From positions 248,001 to 312,000 of the forward strand of contig OZ251246.1 of NCBI GenBank assembly GCA_965240325.2: a DNA stretch of 64,000 bases, in the 5' to 3' direction. Source of the stretch: Rebecca billardiae RCC1528. Lineage: Eukaryota > Protista > Haptophyta. The notes under the pieces were generated by a model, which saw nothing but the letters and a program-made list of their open reading frames with translations, was not told where the DNA came from and searched no databases. Positions 22,142 to 33,306 of the stretch are shown in pieces; positions within the stretch are counted from its first letter, which is position 1, and each line of letters begins with the position of its first letter. Made by a program: the position numbers and the translations under genes.

Positions 22142-22931
22142 GTCCCTCACAAGTTTAAGCCTCCCGACATTGTTCGCCATATCAGCGCAGCAAAGCAGCG
22201 GCGCGCCACCATACCAGGGGCGTACTTGGCCCACTCCACTGCCGTGCACATGAGGTGCGCCCGGACCCGATTGCTCGAGTCCTCGCAAATAGGCGTGGCT
22301 GTGCATCCTGGGTTGACGTTTGGTACCCGGCGGCCGGCGAGCTCGACTGGCGGCGAGCAGACCTGCCTGCGTGCCGCCGGCTGTCGGCAGCCTCCGTGCG
22401 CTGAGCCGCGCGCCGCGCGGTGCGTGTGCGACGTAGCTCCGCCCACGCCACGCATGCACCCTCGCGCCGCGCCGCCAGCTTGGCGCTGCCGTCAGCCAGA
22501 GCCGATCGAGTGCATGCCCGAGCCTGCTCCGAGAGCATCAATATGGGCTGCGTGTGGCTGCGCGTGCACTTTCGTCGCCTAATTTTGCCAGCGTCGAGTT
22601 GGCGCGTGGCACGCCCACCGTAGCAGCACGACTCCCGAATGCACAAAAGCCGGGGGTCAGCTGAATTAATGCAGCTCACACGACCGCGCTCCACGCCGAA
22701 AACCAGCCCGTAGCTGCCCGCCGGCTGGCTCGTGCATGCGCACCGACTGCCGGGCGCATCGACACCGTGGCGCACAGAGCGCGGGTGCCGCGGCCGGGTG
22801 GGTATGTACTGACGCGGCTGGGCCTGGTGCATGCGCGGGCGGATGGGCTCTGCCCGGGTCGGCGCGTAGCGGGCGTGCGGGCTGAGACAAAGTCGTGCCT
22901 GCTGCAGCCGGCAACTAAATTTGTGGGTCCC
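22142..22931. mobile_element. 790-bp element 'B', right copy
   Basis: Direct repeat of 6854-7643, followed by TATA and the remainder of element C. Confidence 0.85.
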
Positions 22932-24426
22932 TATACACCCGCGGTCTTTTGACTGTGCAAATGGGGCGCCGCCCCATGCTCAAATCCGAAGAGAACGAAG
23001 ATGTAAAAGTGTCTGGTCCCTAGATACTGTGCTGTCCGGGTCCCGGTCCGGTCAGATCTGAGCAGCCGGGTTTTCCGCCCGGATAGGCCAGAAAATGGGA
23101 TTTTCACCCTATCATAGTATAATGGCCCGCGGTGCAGGGCGGAGCGCGCAGCGTGGAGCCCGCACCAGCGGGCCCGAACCACGTTTCAAAAAGATCTTTG
23201 ATCAAGAAAAAAGGGACGGGGGGCGGCGGAAAAAAAGGGACGGGGGGCGATTTTTAGGGCTGGCGGAGACCGAGTTTCGAGTTTTTGAGATCGCATTGAG
23301 AGGTCTATCAGGCCCAAAAAAACCGCGCCCAGCTGATTCCCTTAAGTAAAGTGCGATCTGGACGTCAGCTGGACGTGACATTAGTGTAACGGTTCGTTAC
23401 GAGCGAATCGTACTCGTCTTCCCGGATCGCGTGACGTCCGGACTGGGCCACATCCGGATCGTCGGAGGTGACGTGCCCCGGCACGATGGGCGATGGCGGA
23501 TATGCGGGACGGCGCCTGCACGTGCCTCCGGACCCGCCTCCCGCTTGCTGCTCACGCAGTCAGCTGCGACCGTGGCGCATGATCGCAGAAGCAGTGCCGG
23601 CAGTACGGCCTGCATCAGCTAGTGCCGCGCCGTCGTGGCGCGCGCGGTACGGTTGCGCGTTTGCAGCGCTCGCCGCCTCGGCGACGGCACGCGCGTGCGG
23701 CTCAGGTGTGTCAAATGCGGTCTCGTCGGCGCGCTTTCGCCTGCCACCTCGTGCACCCGTGCCGCCAGTTTCATCGTCTTCATGAGGACTGCTGCTGCTG
23801 TCGCCATCCGCTCTCCATCACCCCGAGTCGCCGGTCGCGCGGCGCGCGCGGTAGGCACTAGGCAGGGCGTACGGTCACTCACCCGTGCAACGGGTCAAGT
23901 GGCCAGAGTACGTCTGGTCGTTGGCTGGCACGGGCCGCAGCGCTAAAGCACCCTGCTGTCACACCCGACTCCTTCAGTACTCCGAGCTCCGCGGCACGAC
24001 TCACTCGGCACGATCGCGGACGGGTCGGATCCGAGCTGATCAGCCAGAGTTGGACACAGTTTGGCAGCTACTAGTAGTAATTCCGATGCCGATGGCACGA
24101 TCGCGGACGGGTCGGATCCGAGCTGATCAGCCAGTTGGACATTTGGCAGCTAGTTGTCAGACGGACGTCCGATTTGACGACCGGTGCCGGGTGCGGTCTC
24201 AGGTCCGCTGCTGTGATTGTGTGAAGTGTGAATGAGTCTCGCGGTCGCGCAGGCAGGGCGACGGTCGGACTAATATAGCTTCAGTCATCTCAGAACCGAC
24301 TTCAACTGGCGAACTGCCACTACGGCGGAGAGCCGCGATTGCACGGCCACCGCGGGCCCCCAACTGCGTTGATTCTATGCAGAAAAGGACCGCGGAACGC
24401 GGTCATATTATTGATATAATGATCGG

Positions 24427-25231
24427 CTACGCCGATCTTCGGGTAGTAAACAACGAACGAAGTTGAGGGCGCACGGCCCTGGGCATCGCGCGCAGGTGCT
24501 TGACGAGCTGGTTCGGCACCGTGTTGATGCCGAGCTTTACGGTCATACGGTGAGGTGGCTGCCCGACGGGCTCGGGCTCGTGAGGTGAGCGAGCGCGCGC
24601 TTCAGCTGCGCGCGCCTGCGCGCGGCGTCGGTGCTCGATGCTTGGCCACGCGCGCTTGTGGATGCGGGGGCCCGCCTTGCTGATGGTGGGCGAAACGGCG
24701 ATGCGCCGCCGTATCTCCGCCGCCCGGCTCACCGACACCGGCAGCACGCGGCTCACGAAGGCGTCGCACGGCATGTGGAAGTCGGCCGCGTGCACGCCCA
24801 TGAAGTCGGTCACCGCGACGTCCTGCGCGGTCAGCGTCCTCGCGGCCGCGGCCGCGTCGGCTGCGCCCGTCACCTTGATCTGCGCCACATGGCGCGCACA
24901 GCGGAAGCGGCAGCACTAACGTCGCCAGCGCGCCCGCGTCCAGTTCGACGCGCCGCGTGCCGAGATGCCACGCCGATCGCAGCTCGAGCTCGTCGACAAG
25001 CGTCTGCTGGCCGGCGCCGCCCCACCAGTAGGCGTGCTTGGAAAGCCGCAGCAGCTTGAGCTTCGCGGTGACGCACAACTGTTGCATCTCGGACACGAGC
25101 GGCGCGACCGCCGCGAACCACACCCTCCGCTGCGTCGCCGGCTTCGTGAAGGACGGGTCGTCGTACTCCATCGGCACGCGCGCGTGCGCGCGCGCGCTCC
25201 CGCCCTCGAATCTGTGCGCAGGTGCAGCTTC
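24427..25231 (-). CDS. Hypothetical protein, probably spliced; 5' exons uncertain
   Basis: Coding-like segments MEYDDPSF...LAT and IKVTGAAD...RRSA lie in different frames and could be joined by a short intron ending gcgcag near 24880; no recognised domain. Confidence 0.3.
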
Positions 25232-26629
25232 TTGTCGCCGCTCGTGCGCGCCCGTTCGGCATAGCGTGCAGTCCATGATGTACAGTCCATGATCAAATTC
25301 GAATGTCGCCGCCACGTCGTCCTCCGGCCGCACAGCCGCCGTCTCGCATCGGCGCCGCCATCGCGCCGCCGATGCCGCGCGCCGCCAGCGGCGCGTCCAG
25401 GACGGCGCCCATCGCGGCAAAGTCGACGTCCGCGTCGAGCGCGACGGATGCGAGTGCGTCATCGAACCCGCCAGCGCCTTCTCTCGGCTCGGGCGGCGGC
25501 CGCGACCGCGGCGGATCGGGCGGCAGCGAGGCGTCGCCGTCGCCCGCCCGGGCGTCGTCCATGCCTAGCGCAGCCTGCGCGCGCGAGCGCGGCGAGGCGG
25601 GCGGAGACGGTGCCGGGCCAGGAGAGAAGGGACGCGCGGTGAGCGTCCACGGGCCGCCTCGGCAAGCCGATGTCCGCGCGTACCGGGGGCGCCCTGGGCG
25701 CCGCGAGGAGGCGGGCGCGCGGCGGCGGCACCCGCTTCTTTCTCGCCGCGACACGCGGGTGCCGGCGGTGTCTACGCAAGCCAACTGCCGAGTCCGACCG
25801 TGCGCCTGCCCGCGTATGTACACCCATTTTCAGAGAAGTAGAGAACTCTTATGACTTATTAGTCAATAGAGGAGAATCCAGAAGGGTCGTACGTGAAGCG
25901 GTAGAAATTCTCAGCACACGAGGTTTTCAGGCCCGGCCATCATTGTTGATGAGCGAATTCAGGCCTCATCAACAAATGATCATATGGGTCGAGAGCGAGA
26001 ATGTTCGCCTTCAGGCTGTGTCTTTCATCTGAAATACAAGAATTGGATTGCCACCGAACCAAATGTTTGGTTCGCTTTATGCAGAATCTCGTTTCAGTTG
26101 AATGGCGGGCGATCGTCTTTCGTTGAAACGGTGTTTTTGAAGCGCAGTTCTCTTAAGAGGAGAGGGATGCGTCTAATCTAAAACGCTGTTTTTCAGAAGC
26201 GCGTGAATCAAAGCCGACCCAACCTCTTGTTTTTATGGTTGGCGAGCTGTTTCAGGCTCTTACAATTCAGGCATCTTACTACGACGGAATGTTCCAACAC
26301 ACGGCTGGTGTTATATGTGCTATTCCGCCCTGCATTCCCCTAAGTGTTACTATCGTTAAAATTAGCATCTACTACAAACGCAATCATTGCGGCAGCGATA
26401 TCCACTCATACGTACGAAGGCCACCCACAAAAATCCCCAAAATTCTGCGCGCATCCTCTTTTTGATTTTGCGGAGCACGTGCGCCGCCCCCCCCCGGCTT
26501 TCGCTCACGCTCAGACCTTTCGGGGGGGGGGCCGTGCGCCATAAGTAGTACGTGTAGTATCATTATATATATTAATAAGTAGTACTTGTAGTATCATTAT
26601 ATATATATTGTACAGTAAATAACTTTATT

Positions 26630-27350
26630 TATTGGGTAAACGCGAGCTCCGAGCGTCTCGAGCCCTGCTAAGAGCTCACCGGCACGTCCTCGGGCGCGTC
26701 GTCGGTGACGCCCACGAAGGCAATCTCGACCCTCGCTCCTCTGACGAGCGAAGCTAATCCTCCTGCCGCAACCAACTTTCGGTTGCGCAGGGTGACACGG
26801 CGTTTTGCGGCCCGGCTCGGGAATCTTGTAACCTTCCTGAGCCCCGCTTCCGTGCGTCCGCCAATCGCAGGCGTTACCGACGCACCGCCGTAAGCTCATC
26901 TTTCCCCCAGGTACTCGGTAATGTCATCGGACCTGGGTAAGCTGCGCACGGACCCATGATCCCGGATTCTCGATTCTCAAAACTGGGAATCCGGGCGTCC
27001 ATGAACGAAGTGATCGAGTCCGTTGTTCCTTGGACTCTTCCACGATGGCGCCCGCCTGTGCCGCCGGCGTGCCATCCGTGCCGCGTGCGCCGGGCCGTAC
27101 CGCCCGCGCACGCGCCGCGTCCGTGTCGCTCCGCGTCCGCGCTGCCGCGTCCGCGCTCCGCGTCCACGTCGCTCCGCGCCAGCGCTGCTGCGCTCGCGCT
27201 CCTGCCGCCGCGCGCGCCGCGCGCGCGCGCCGCCAGAGCCAGCCACTGCGTAGCTGATGCCGCCGGCCCGCCTGGTGCGGCGCCGGCCCTGACGTCCCAG
27301 CGGCGACGCCATCTGCTGAGATGCGCGCCCCAGGCTGCGTCAGCTCAACA
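26630..27350 (-). repeat. 3' LTR (minus strand TGTTGAG...CCCAATA)
   Basis: Direct repeat of 33307-34027, adjacent to the PPT. Confidence 0.95.
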
Positions 27351-27386
27351 CCCCCCCTCGACAGCCATAGCCGCGAGCTGCGCCGC

Positions 27387-30300
27387 TTACCGCGCGCGCG
27401 TCGGGTGTCGGTCCACCATGATGGCGTCGACGTGCCGCTTGAACGTCGCACCGTCCGTCGCCTTCGTCATGATGTCAGAGTGGTTGAGTGAGGTGTGTAC
27501 CTTGACCACCTTCACCTTGCCACCCTCCTGCGCGTCACGCACATAGTGATGCTTGATCTCGATGTGCTTCGAGCGCTTGTGGTGCACAGGATTCTCCACG
27601 AGGTCGATAGCCCCCTTGTTGTCCTCTCGCACCTCCGTCGCGGCCCGCGGCGGCTGCCGCATGGACTCGAGTATGCTCCGCAAGTAGCTCACCTCGCGGC
27701 AGCAATCGCTCAGCGCGACGTACTCCGCCTCCGTCGAGCTCAGCGAGACTGTACCTTGCAGCCCGCTGTGCCACGACACCGGCGCCCCATTGTAGAACAC
27801 AATGTATCCACCCGTCGACCTGCCCTTGGTCTCCACCGGATTGCTTGCCCAATCGGAGTCAGCGAAAGCAAGTAGGTCGGGGTGCTCGGAATCTGTCGCA
27901 AACTTGAACAAGATTCCCAATCGCGGGCATCCACGTAAGTAGCGCAGCACGCGCTTCGCACTTACCAGATCCACCGCCCGCGGACATGACATGCGTCGCG
28001 TCAGCATGTTCACCGCGTGCGCGATGTCCGGCCGCGCCGTGACCATCGCAAACATGAGACATCCCACCATCGCCTGGTAGTTCTCAATCTCCGCGCGCTG
28101 CAGCAACGCCTCATCGTCGTCGCTCAGCTGCGTCCGCGCCGCCGGCTCCGGCGTGCGCGCCGGCGTGCTCGCGTTCAAACCGAACCGCTGAAGCACGCTC
28201 TCGACGTACGGCCCCAGATGCATCAGGATGCCGTCGTCATGAACTTCAAACACGGCGCCCAGGAACTTATCGAGCCGCTCACTCAGCTTGATCTCGTAAT
28301 GCTCCTTCAGGTCAGCCGCCAGCTTCTCCACCGCGCGCGCGTCGCGCGTCAGGTTGAGAAACAGCAAGTCGTCGACAAAGCCGCCCGCGATGATGAACTC
28401 GCCCGGCGCCGACTCCTTGACGTAGATGCACGGCGCACTCGGACACTCCGAGAAGCCGCGCGCGAGCAGCTGGGTGCGGTGCGTGCGATGCCACGCGCGC
28501 CCAGACTGGCGTAGGCCCGGATACGCCTTCAGGCTCCGGCCCACGACTTTGTACCCCGGCGGCGCCTGCGTGCTCGGCACGTAGCCCGGCGGGAATGAGA
28601 AGAGAGGCCGCTCATCCGGCTTCAACTCCGAGTTGAGGTACGCGTCCTTGACGTCGCCCTTCGACAGTATGCCCAGCGCCGCAACCGACGCTGCACCCAA
28701 GTCGACTCTCGCGCCCGCCTGCTGAGCGGCGATCGCCACGAGTAGTCGCACTTGTTCCGGCCGGATCGTCGGAGCAAAGACCTCCTGAAAGTCGATCCCC
28801 GGCCGCTGTAGGTTCCCCAGTAGCACCGACCGCGCCTTGAAGCGCGTCACCTCGCCCTCCGGGTTCGACTTCACGTCAAAGACCCACTGGCTCGGCAACA
28901 CCCGCGTGCCCTCCGGAACCACCACCTCCTCCGAGGTGCCGAGCAACTTGTGACCTTCCAAGTGCTCGAGCATGGCGCCCTGCCACTGGGGCGCCTCCGC
29001 CGACCGCATCGCCTCGCGATAGTTCGTCGGCACCTTCACGTTGATCTTCTGGAACACCGACGCGGCGCTGACGACGGCAGTAAGCAGCTGCGGCCGTCGG
29101 CGCGACGTCCGATCCCTGCGAAGCGGATCGTGTCCCATATCCAGGCCGGGCGGCGGCGCGTCCTCGATCACGCCGTCGTCACCGTCTGCGCCGCGCGGCG
29201 GCCCGCCAGCATCTGCTGCGGCCCCGCGCCGTGATTCCGTCGGCGGTATCTGATCCTGCCGACCCGGCTGCGTCATCGACGCGCCTGCCCCGCCACGCCC
29301 GCCCTGCGGCGTCGGCGTCGACGGCTGTGCGCCCGCGCTGCTGCACCCGCGTTGTCCCGCGTCCACGCTGCTGCGCCCGCGCCCCGACGTTGACGCATCT
29401 GCGTCGTCGTCGTACCCGACGTCGAACTCTGTCGCGTCGTCATTCCCGGCGTCGGCTGGCGTCTCGCCGCCATCGCCGTCCTCGTCCTCACCGTCGGCGT
29501 CACCGCCGACTGGACGATGTCCGCCGCTTACCGCGGCGTCGTCACCATCACCCACGTACGCGCCACCGTCAGGTGCGCCCAGCGACGAGTGCCCCCCCTC
29601 GACCAGGTCGGTCTCGTCGATGCGTACGTCACGTGAGTGAACGAGACGTCCGTCGTCTAAACGACATACGTACCCGAGCACGTAGCGCCATGTACCGCGC
29701 CACTGCACGCCGTGCCCACCCCAGAGATAGACACGTCCGGGTAGTGCGCGCTGCTTCAGCTGCCCCAATGCATTGCGCCGTGCGCCCAGCATCAGCACGC
29801 GGCAGCGCGCGCCAAACGCCACGTGATGCTTCCACGTCGGGCGTTTCCCAAAGAACAGCTCATCCGGCGTGAGCCACTCAATGTCTCCATCGTCACGAAT
29901 GATACCACGTGACGCCAGTCGATTGCGCGACGCGCATGCGTGCCACGCCGCGTAGTGCCAATCGACCCTCGAGACTCCACGCGCAACGACCGTGGCGCGC
30001 AGTCTCGACTTCAGCGTGCGGATAGCGCGTTCCGCCACGCCATTCGAGCTCGGCGAGTCGGGCGCCGACGTGACCGTCGACGAGAACCCAAGCTTCGCCA
30101 GCTCACCCTCGACGTACGTACTCAGCAACGTCGAGCCACCGTCGGTGTGAATATGGCGTCGCGCCATAGTACACCCCGACGCCAGGACCCAATGCGACAT
30201 GTGCATGGCCCCTGTTCCAAGCAACTGCGCGTACCAGCGGAATGCCCGACCAACCTCGGCGTCATCCAAGCTGCGTAGCGCGTACACTTGCCATCGACGT

Positions 30301-30701
30301 GAATGCCCATCGATGAATATGATCCCATGAGGATACCCTCCACGTGCGCCATCGGCCCCAACTGGTAAGTCGATCCGCGCCATAGAGAAGATGTCGACGT
30401 GCGTCACCTGCCCAGGGTAGTGCGCCGTCGGCATCGCGTCCGCGAACGACCGCCGCGTCATGCCCGCCGCCGACTGCTCGTCAAGCGGCTCACGCCGCGC
30501 GTTCGCCCCCTCCATCCCCTCGGCCACGCGTCGCGTGCGCTCGAGTAGACGTTGGTCATTGGTGCCCGTTCGAACCGACCAAGTGCGTAACCACGCCGGA
30601 TCAGCGTCTCGCGCCGCCTCCGTAGTAGTAGTGGTATCAGATACCGTAGTGGTTGTGTTTGTGGCCCGCACCTGCGCGGGTTCCGGGCTTAGGCGTTTGG
30701 G
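27387..30701 (-). CDS. pol: Copia pol: integrase - reverse transcriptase - RNase H (entered by frameshift)
   Basis: IN: HVDIF, HTDGG, SNGVAERAIRTL. RT: FKARSV, DVKDAYLNS, GLRQSGRAWH, FVDDLL. RH: FADSDWA, SSTEAEY, EDNKGAI, KHIEIKHHYVRD, SDIMTK. Confidence 0.93.
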   Translation of the reverse strand, partial: PKRLSPEPAQVRATNTTTTVSDTTTTTEAARDADPAWLRTWSVRTGTNDQRLLERTRRVAEGMEGANARREPLDEQSAAGMTRRSFADAMPTAHYPGQVTHVDIFSMARIDLPVGADGARGGYPHGIIFIDGHSRRWQVYALRSLDDAEVGRAFRWYAQLLGTGAMHMSHWVLASGCTMARRHIHTDGGSTLLSTYVEGELAKLGFSSTVTSAPDSPSSNGVAERAIRTLKSRLRATVVARGVSRVDWHYAAWHACASRNRLASRGIIRDDGDIEWLTPDELFFGKRPTWKHHVAFGARCRVLMLGARRNALGQLKQRALPGRVYLWGGHGVQWRGTWRYVLGYVCRLDDGRLVHSRDVRIDETDLVEGGHSSLGAPDGGAYVGDGDDAAVSGGHRPVGGDADGEDEDGDGGETPADAGNDDATEFDVGYDDDADASTSGRGRSSVDAGQRGCSSAGAQPSTPTPQGGRGGAGASMTQPGRQDQIPPTESRRGAAADAGGPPRGADGDDGVIEDAPPPGLDMGHDPLRRDRTSRRRPQLLTAVVSAASVFQKINVKVPTNYREAMRSAEAPQWQGAMLEHLEGHKLLGTSEEVVVPEGTRVLPSQWVFDVKSNPEGEVTRFKARSVLLGNLQRPGIDFQEVFAPTIRPEQVRLLVAIAAQQAGARVDLGAASVAALGILSKGDVKDAYLNSELKPDERPLFSFPPGYVPSTQAPPGYKVVGRSLKAYPGLRQSGRAWHRTHRTQLLARGFSECPSAPCIYVKESAPGEFIIAGGFVDDLLFLNLTRDARAVEKLAADLKEHYEIKLSERLDKFLGAVFEVHDDGILMHLGPYVESVLQRFGLNASTPARTPEPAARTQLSDDDEALLQRAEIENYQAMVGCLMFAMVTARPDIAHAVNMLTRRMSCPRAVDLVSAKRVLRYLRGCPRLGILFKFATDSEHPDLLAFADSDWASNPVETKGRSTGGYIVFYNGAPVSWHSGLQGTVSLSSTEAEYVALSDCCREVSYLRSILESMRQPPRAATEVREDNKGAIDLVENPVHHKRSKHIEIKHHYVRDAQEGGKVKVVKVHTSLNHSDIMTKATDGATFKRHVDAIMVDRHPTRAR

Positions 30702-33250
30702 GGCGGCGCAGCGCCAACGCGCCCCCGCCCCGCGCCCACGCGCCGCACTGGCGCCCTGCGCCGTGCGCGCTGCTCCGCCGGCGCATCGCCGACGTCCGGC
30801 CCCACCTGGCGCCGTACAATCTCGGCGCGCAGCGTGGAATCGCGCGGCAGCTGCACGACGCCGCCTCCCAGCGCCGTAAAGTCCGCAGTGTTGCCGCGCT
30901 GCGAGTAGTGGAACTCGATGCCTGCGTCCGCGCAGTGCTCGACCGACAGCAGCGGCGCCGTGACGCGCCGCGACGCCCACGCCTCGATCTCGAGCGTGAG
31001 GACCTTGTCGCTGTCGTCGTCCGCCGCAAGCTTGACCACCAGGGTCCCGCGGTGAGTGACCCGCTCCCGCGCACCGTTCCCCCACTCGATCTGACATGCG
31101 CCGTCCACCGGGGTAAGATTCGTCAAATCCTCGGCCATGGCGATGTTCTTCCGTGCGCCAGTGTCAAACACCAACGCCCGCGTGTTGTCCTCCGGCGGCG
31201 CCACGCGTGCCTCGGCCGCCCGCGCCGCGACGATCTCAATGTCCTCGTCGCGCTGCGCCCTGCCGCCGATAGCCGCGCCAATAGGCGCCAAGCCGAGTCC
31301 GGCGCCGGCGCCGCCGCCGTCTCCGGCGTCAGCGTCACCGTCGCCACCAACGGCGCCGTCGGGCTCGTCTCCCTGCTCGGGAGCGAACGCGACCTGCGTG
31401 CGGACCGTGCCGCCGCCGTTGCCATTCCCGACCACGGCGCGGGTGCTGCCCCCGCCACCGCCGCCGCCACCGCCACCGCCGCTCCGATGTGAGCCACGGC
31501 TGCGATCCGACCGCGTCGACGCCGCGTCATCGCCAGCGTTCGAGTCGCGATCAGCCTGCGTCACCTGCGGGCAGTAACGCTTGATATGCCCCACGGCGCC
31601 GCACTTGTAGCAGCGCGGCCCGTGCGCGTCGTCGGAGTCGTCCTGGCCTCCGCGGCCGGCGCCGCGGCCAGTGCCGCCGCCGCCACCGCCACGACCTCCG
31701 CCGCCGCCACCACGGCCAGCCGGCGACGTCGTGTCGCCGCCGCCGCCACCCGCCGACGCCGCCGCCGCCTGCGCCAGGCGGAGCCCGTCGATTGGGTGCG
31801 CGCGGGTAGCGCCGCCGCCTCCTGGCGTGCGGCCACCCGCCCCTGGGCGCCCAGGGCCGCCGCGGTCAACCCGCTTGCCCTTGGAGAAGTCCCAGTCCTC
31901 GAACTTGCCGTTGAGCTCGTGCACGAGCTCCTGCACGTCGAAGTTCGTCACGGTCCTGTAGTCCTTCGACTCGTACCGCGTCCGCATCTCGATGCCCGCG
32001 CCCACCGACGGAATGAACTCGATGAGCCGCGCAAGCATCTCCGCCGCTGGCGCTGCGTCACTCAGCTCCTGCAGCAGCACGTGGTTGTGCTGTAGCACCT
32101 GGAAGAGCTTGAGGGCGCCGACGCCGTCCTTGCCGCAGTCAGGCAGGACCGTCCGATGCCAGCGTGCCCGCACCGACATGTACTTCCGCATGTCGTCGGG
32201 CTTGCGCATGCGCAGGATCGTCTTCCACAGGTACAGAAACTCGCGCCCCGGCGTAAGTGCGCCCCGGCGCGCGCGCTCCTCCTGCACCTCCGGCTGCGTC
32301 TCCATGAGGCGGTTGATGTGCTGCCACGCAGCCTCCGTCACCCACGACCGCAGCTCGGTGCGTAAGAAAGCCGTCCCTTTCTCGTACTGCGCCCCGGCGT
32401 ACTTGGCGGGGTCCGCCTCGTCGCCGTCCGGCGCTGCCTCCAACACGCTCTGTCGGAGTTTGATGTCCAGCATGGCGTGCTCGCTCGCCTGCCGCTCATG
32501 CATCTGATCCTCGGTCTCGCGCTCGCGGCGGTAGAGCTCACGCGCGCGCGGATCGAGCGTCACGGCAGCGCCGCCCGCGGGCGCCGCGCCACCCATCCCG
32601 CCGGCGCCGCCCGTAGGCGCCGCGCCGACGCCGGCGCCGCCCGCAGGCGTCGCGCCGTCAGTCCCAGCCGGCGCACCTGCAGCGCCGCCTGTGCCCACAC
32701 CCGGACTGGGTGTGCCGGCCGCCGGACCCGGAGAAATTCCGGATCCGCCGCCCGCCGCCGGACCTGAACCCGGTCCGGTCGCCGTCGGGCCGCCCGGAGT
32801 GGCTAAACCACTCCCCGCGCCCGCCGAGGCAGCCTGCGCGTAGCTTGCCGCCTGCCTCGCCCCCGCCGCCGCCGCCGCACGTTCCGCCGCGGCCCGGCGC
32901 TCGGCGTGCTCGCGGCGCTCGTGCTCGTGGCGATGATCGAGCAGCCGCTGCTGTAGCGCGTAGTTCTCACGCGCCAGGTCCATCCGCTCGACACTGACCT
33001 TGATCATCTTCGCCGCGGATGGGTTGAAAGTTGCCCACGTCTAGTTGTACTCCTCGAGCGTGTTGATGCGGTGCTCCGCGTTCGGGCCATGCGTCACGAT
33101 GATGCCGTTCAGTGCGGACATCGTAGCACCTTGCCCCGCCGGTAGCGCCGCCAGCTTGCTCGCCGATTGCGCGAGCCAACGCTGCTGATTACCTTTGTCG
33201 TTGAGGCTCCCAACGTCGACTGAGCCGTAGTACCGGCCGCTCGTGCTCAT
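30689..33250 (-). CDS. gag: Copia gag-protease (in-frame TAG at 33041-33043 near the N-terminus)
   Basis: Zinc knuckle CYKCGAVGHIKRYC; aspartic protease LVFDTGA; upstream segment MSTSGRYY... (ATG 33250) is in frame with the 772-aa ORF. Confidence 0.88.
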
Positions 33251-33306
33251 CGGCGCGATCGATGAGAAAGCGCCGCGCGTACGATCCCTCCCGATCGCTG
33301 CATGCA

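Larger units (their letters stand above)
5685..23109. mobile_element. TIR element 'C' copy 1 (1.34 kb when empty), split by a 16-kb nested insertion
   Basis: Imperfect TIRs gggtggaattcccattttctggc and gccagaaaatgggattttcaccc; TSD TATC (5681-5684, 23110-23113); 5685-6851 plus 22936-23109 reconstitute the inverted copy at 52047-53387. Confidence 0.9.

Noticed and set aside
6854-22931. B repeats as retroviral LTRs
   Set aside because: No TG...CA ends, PBS, PPT or reverse transcriptase; the interior encodes only DDE transposases.
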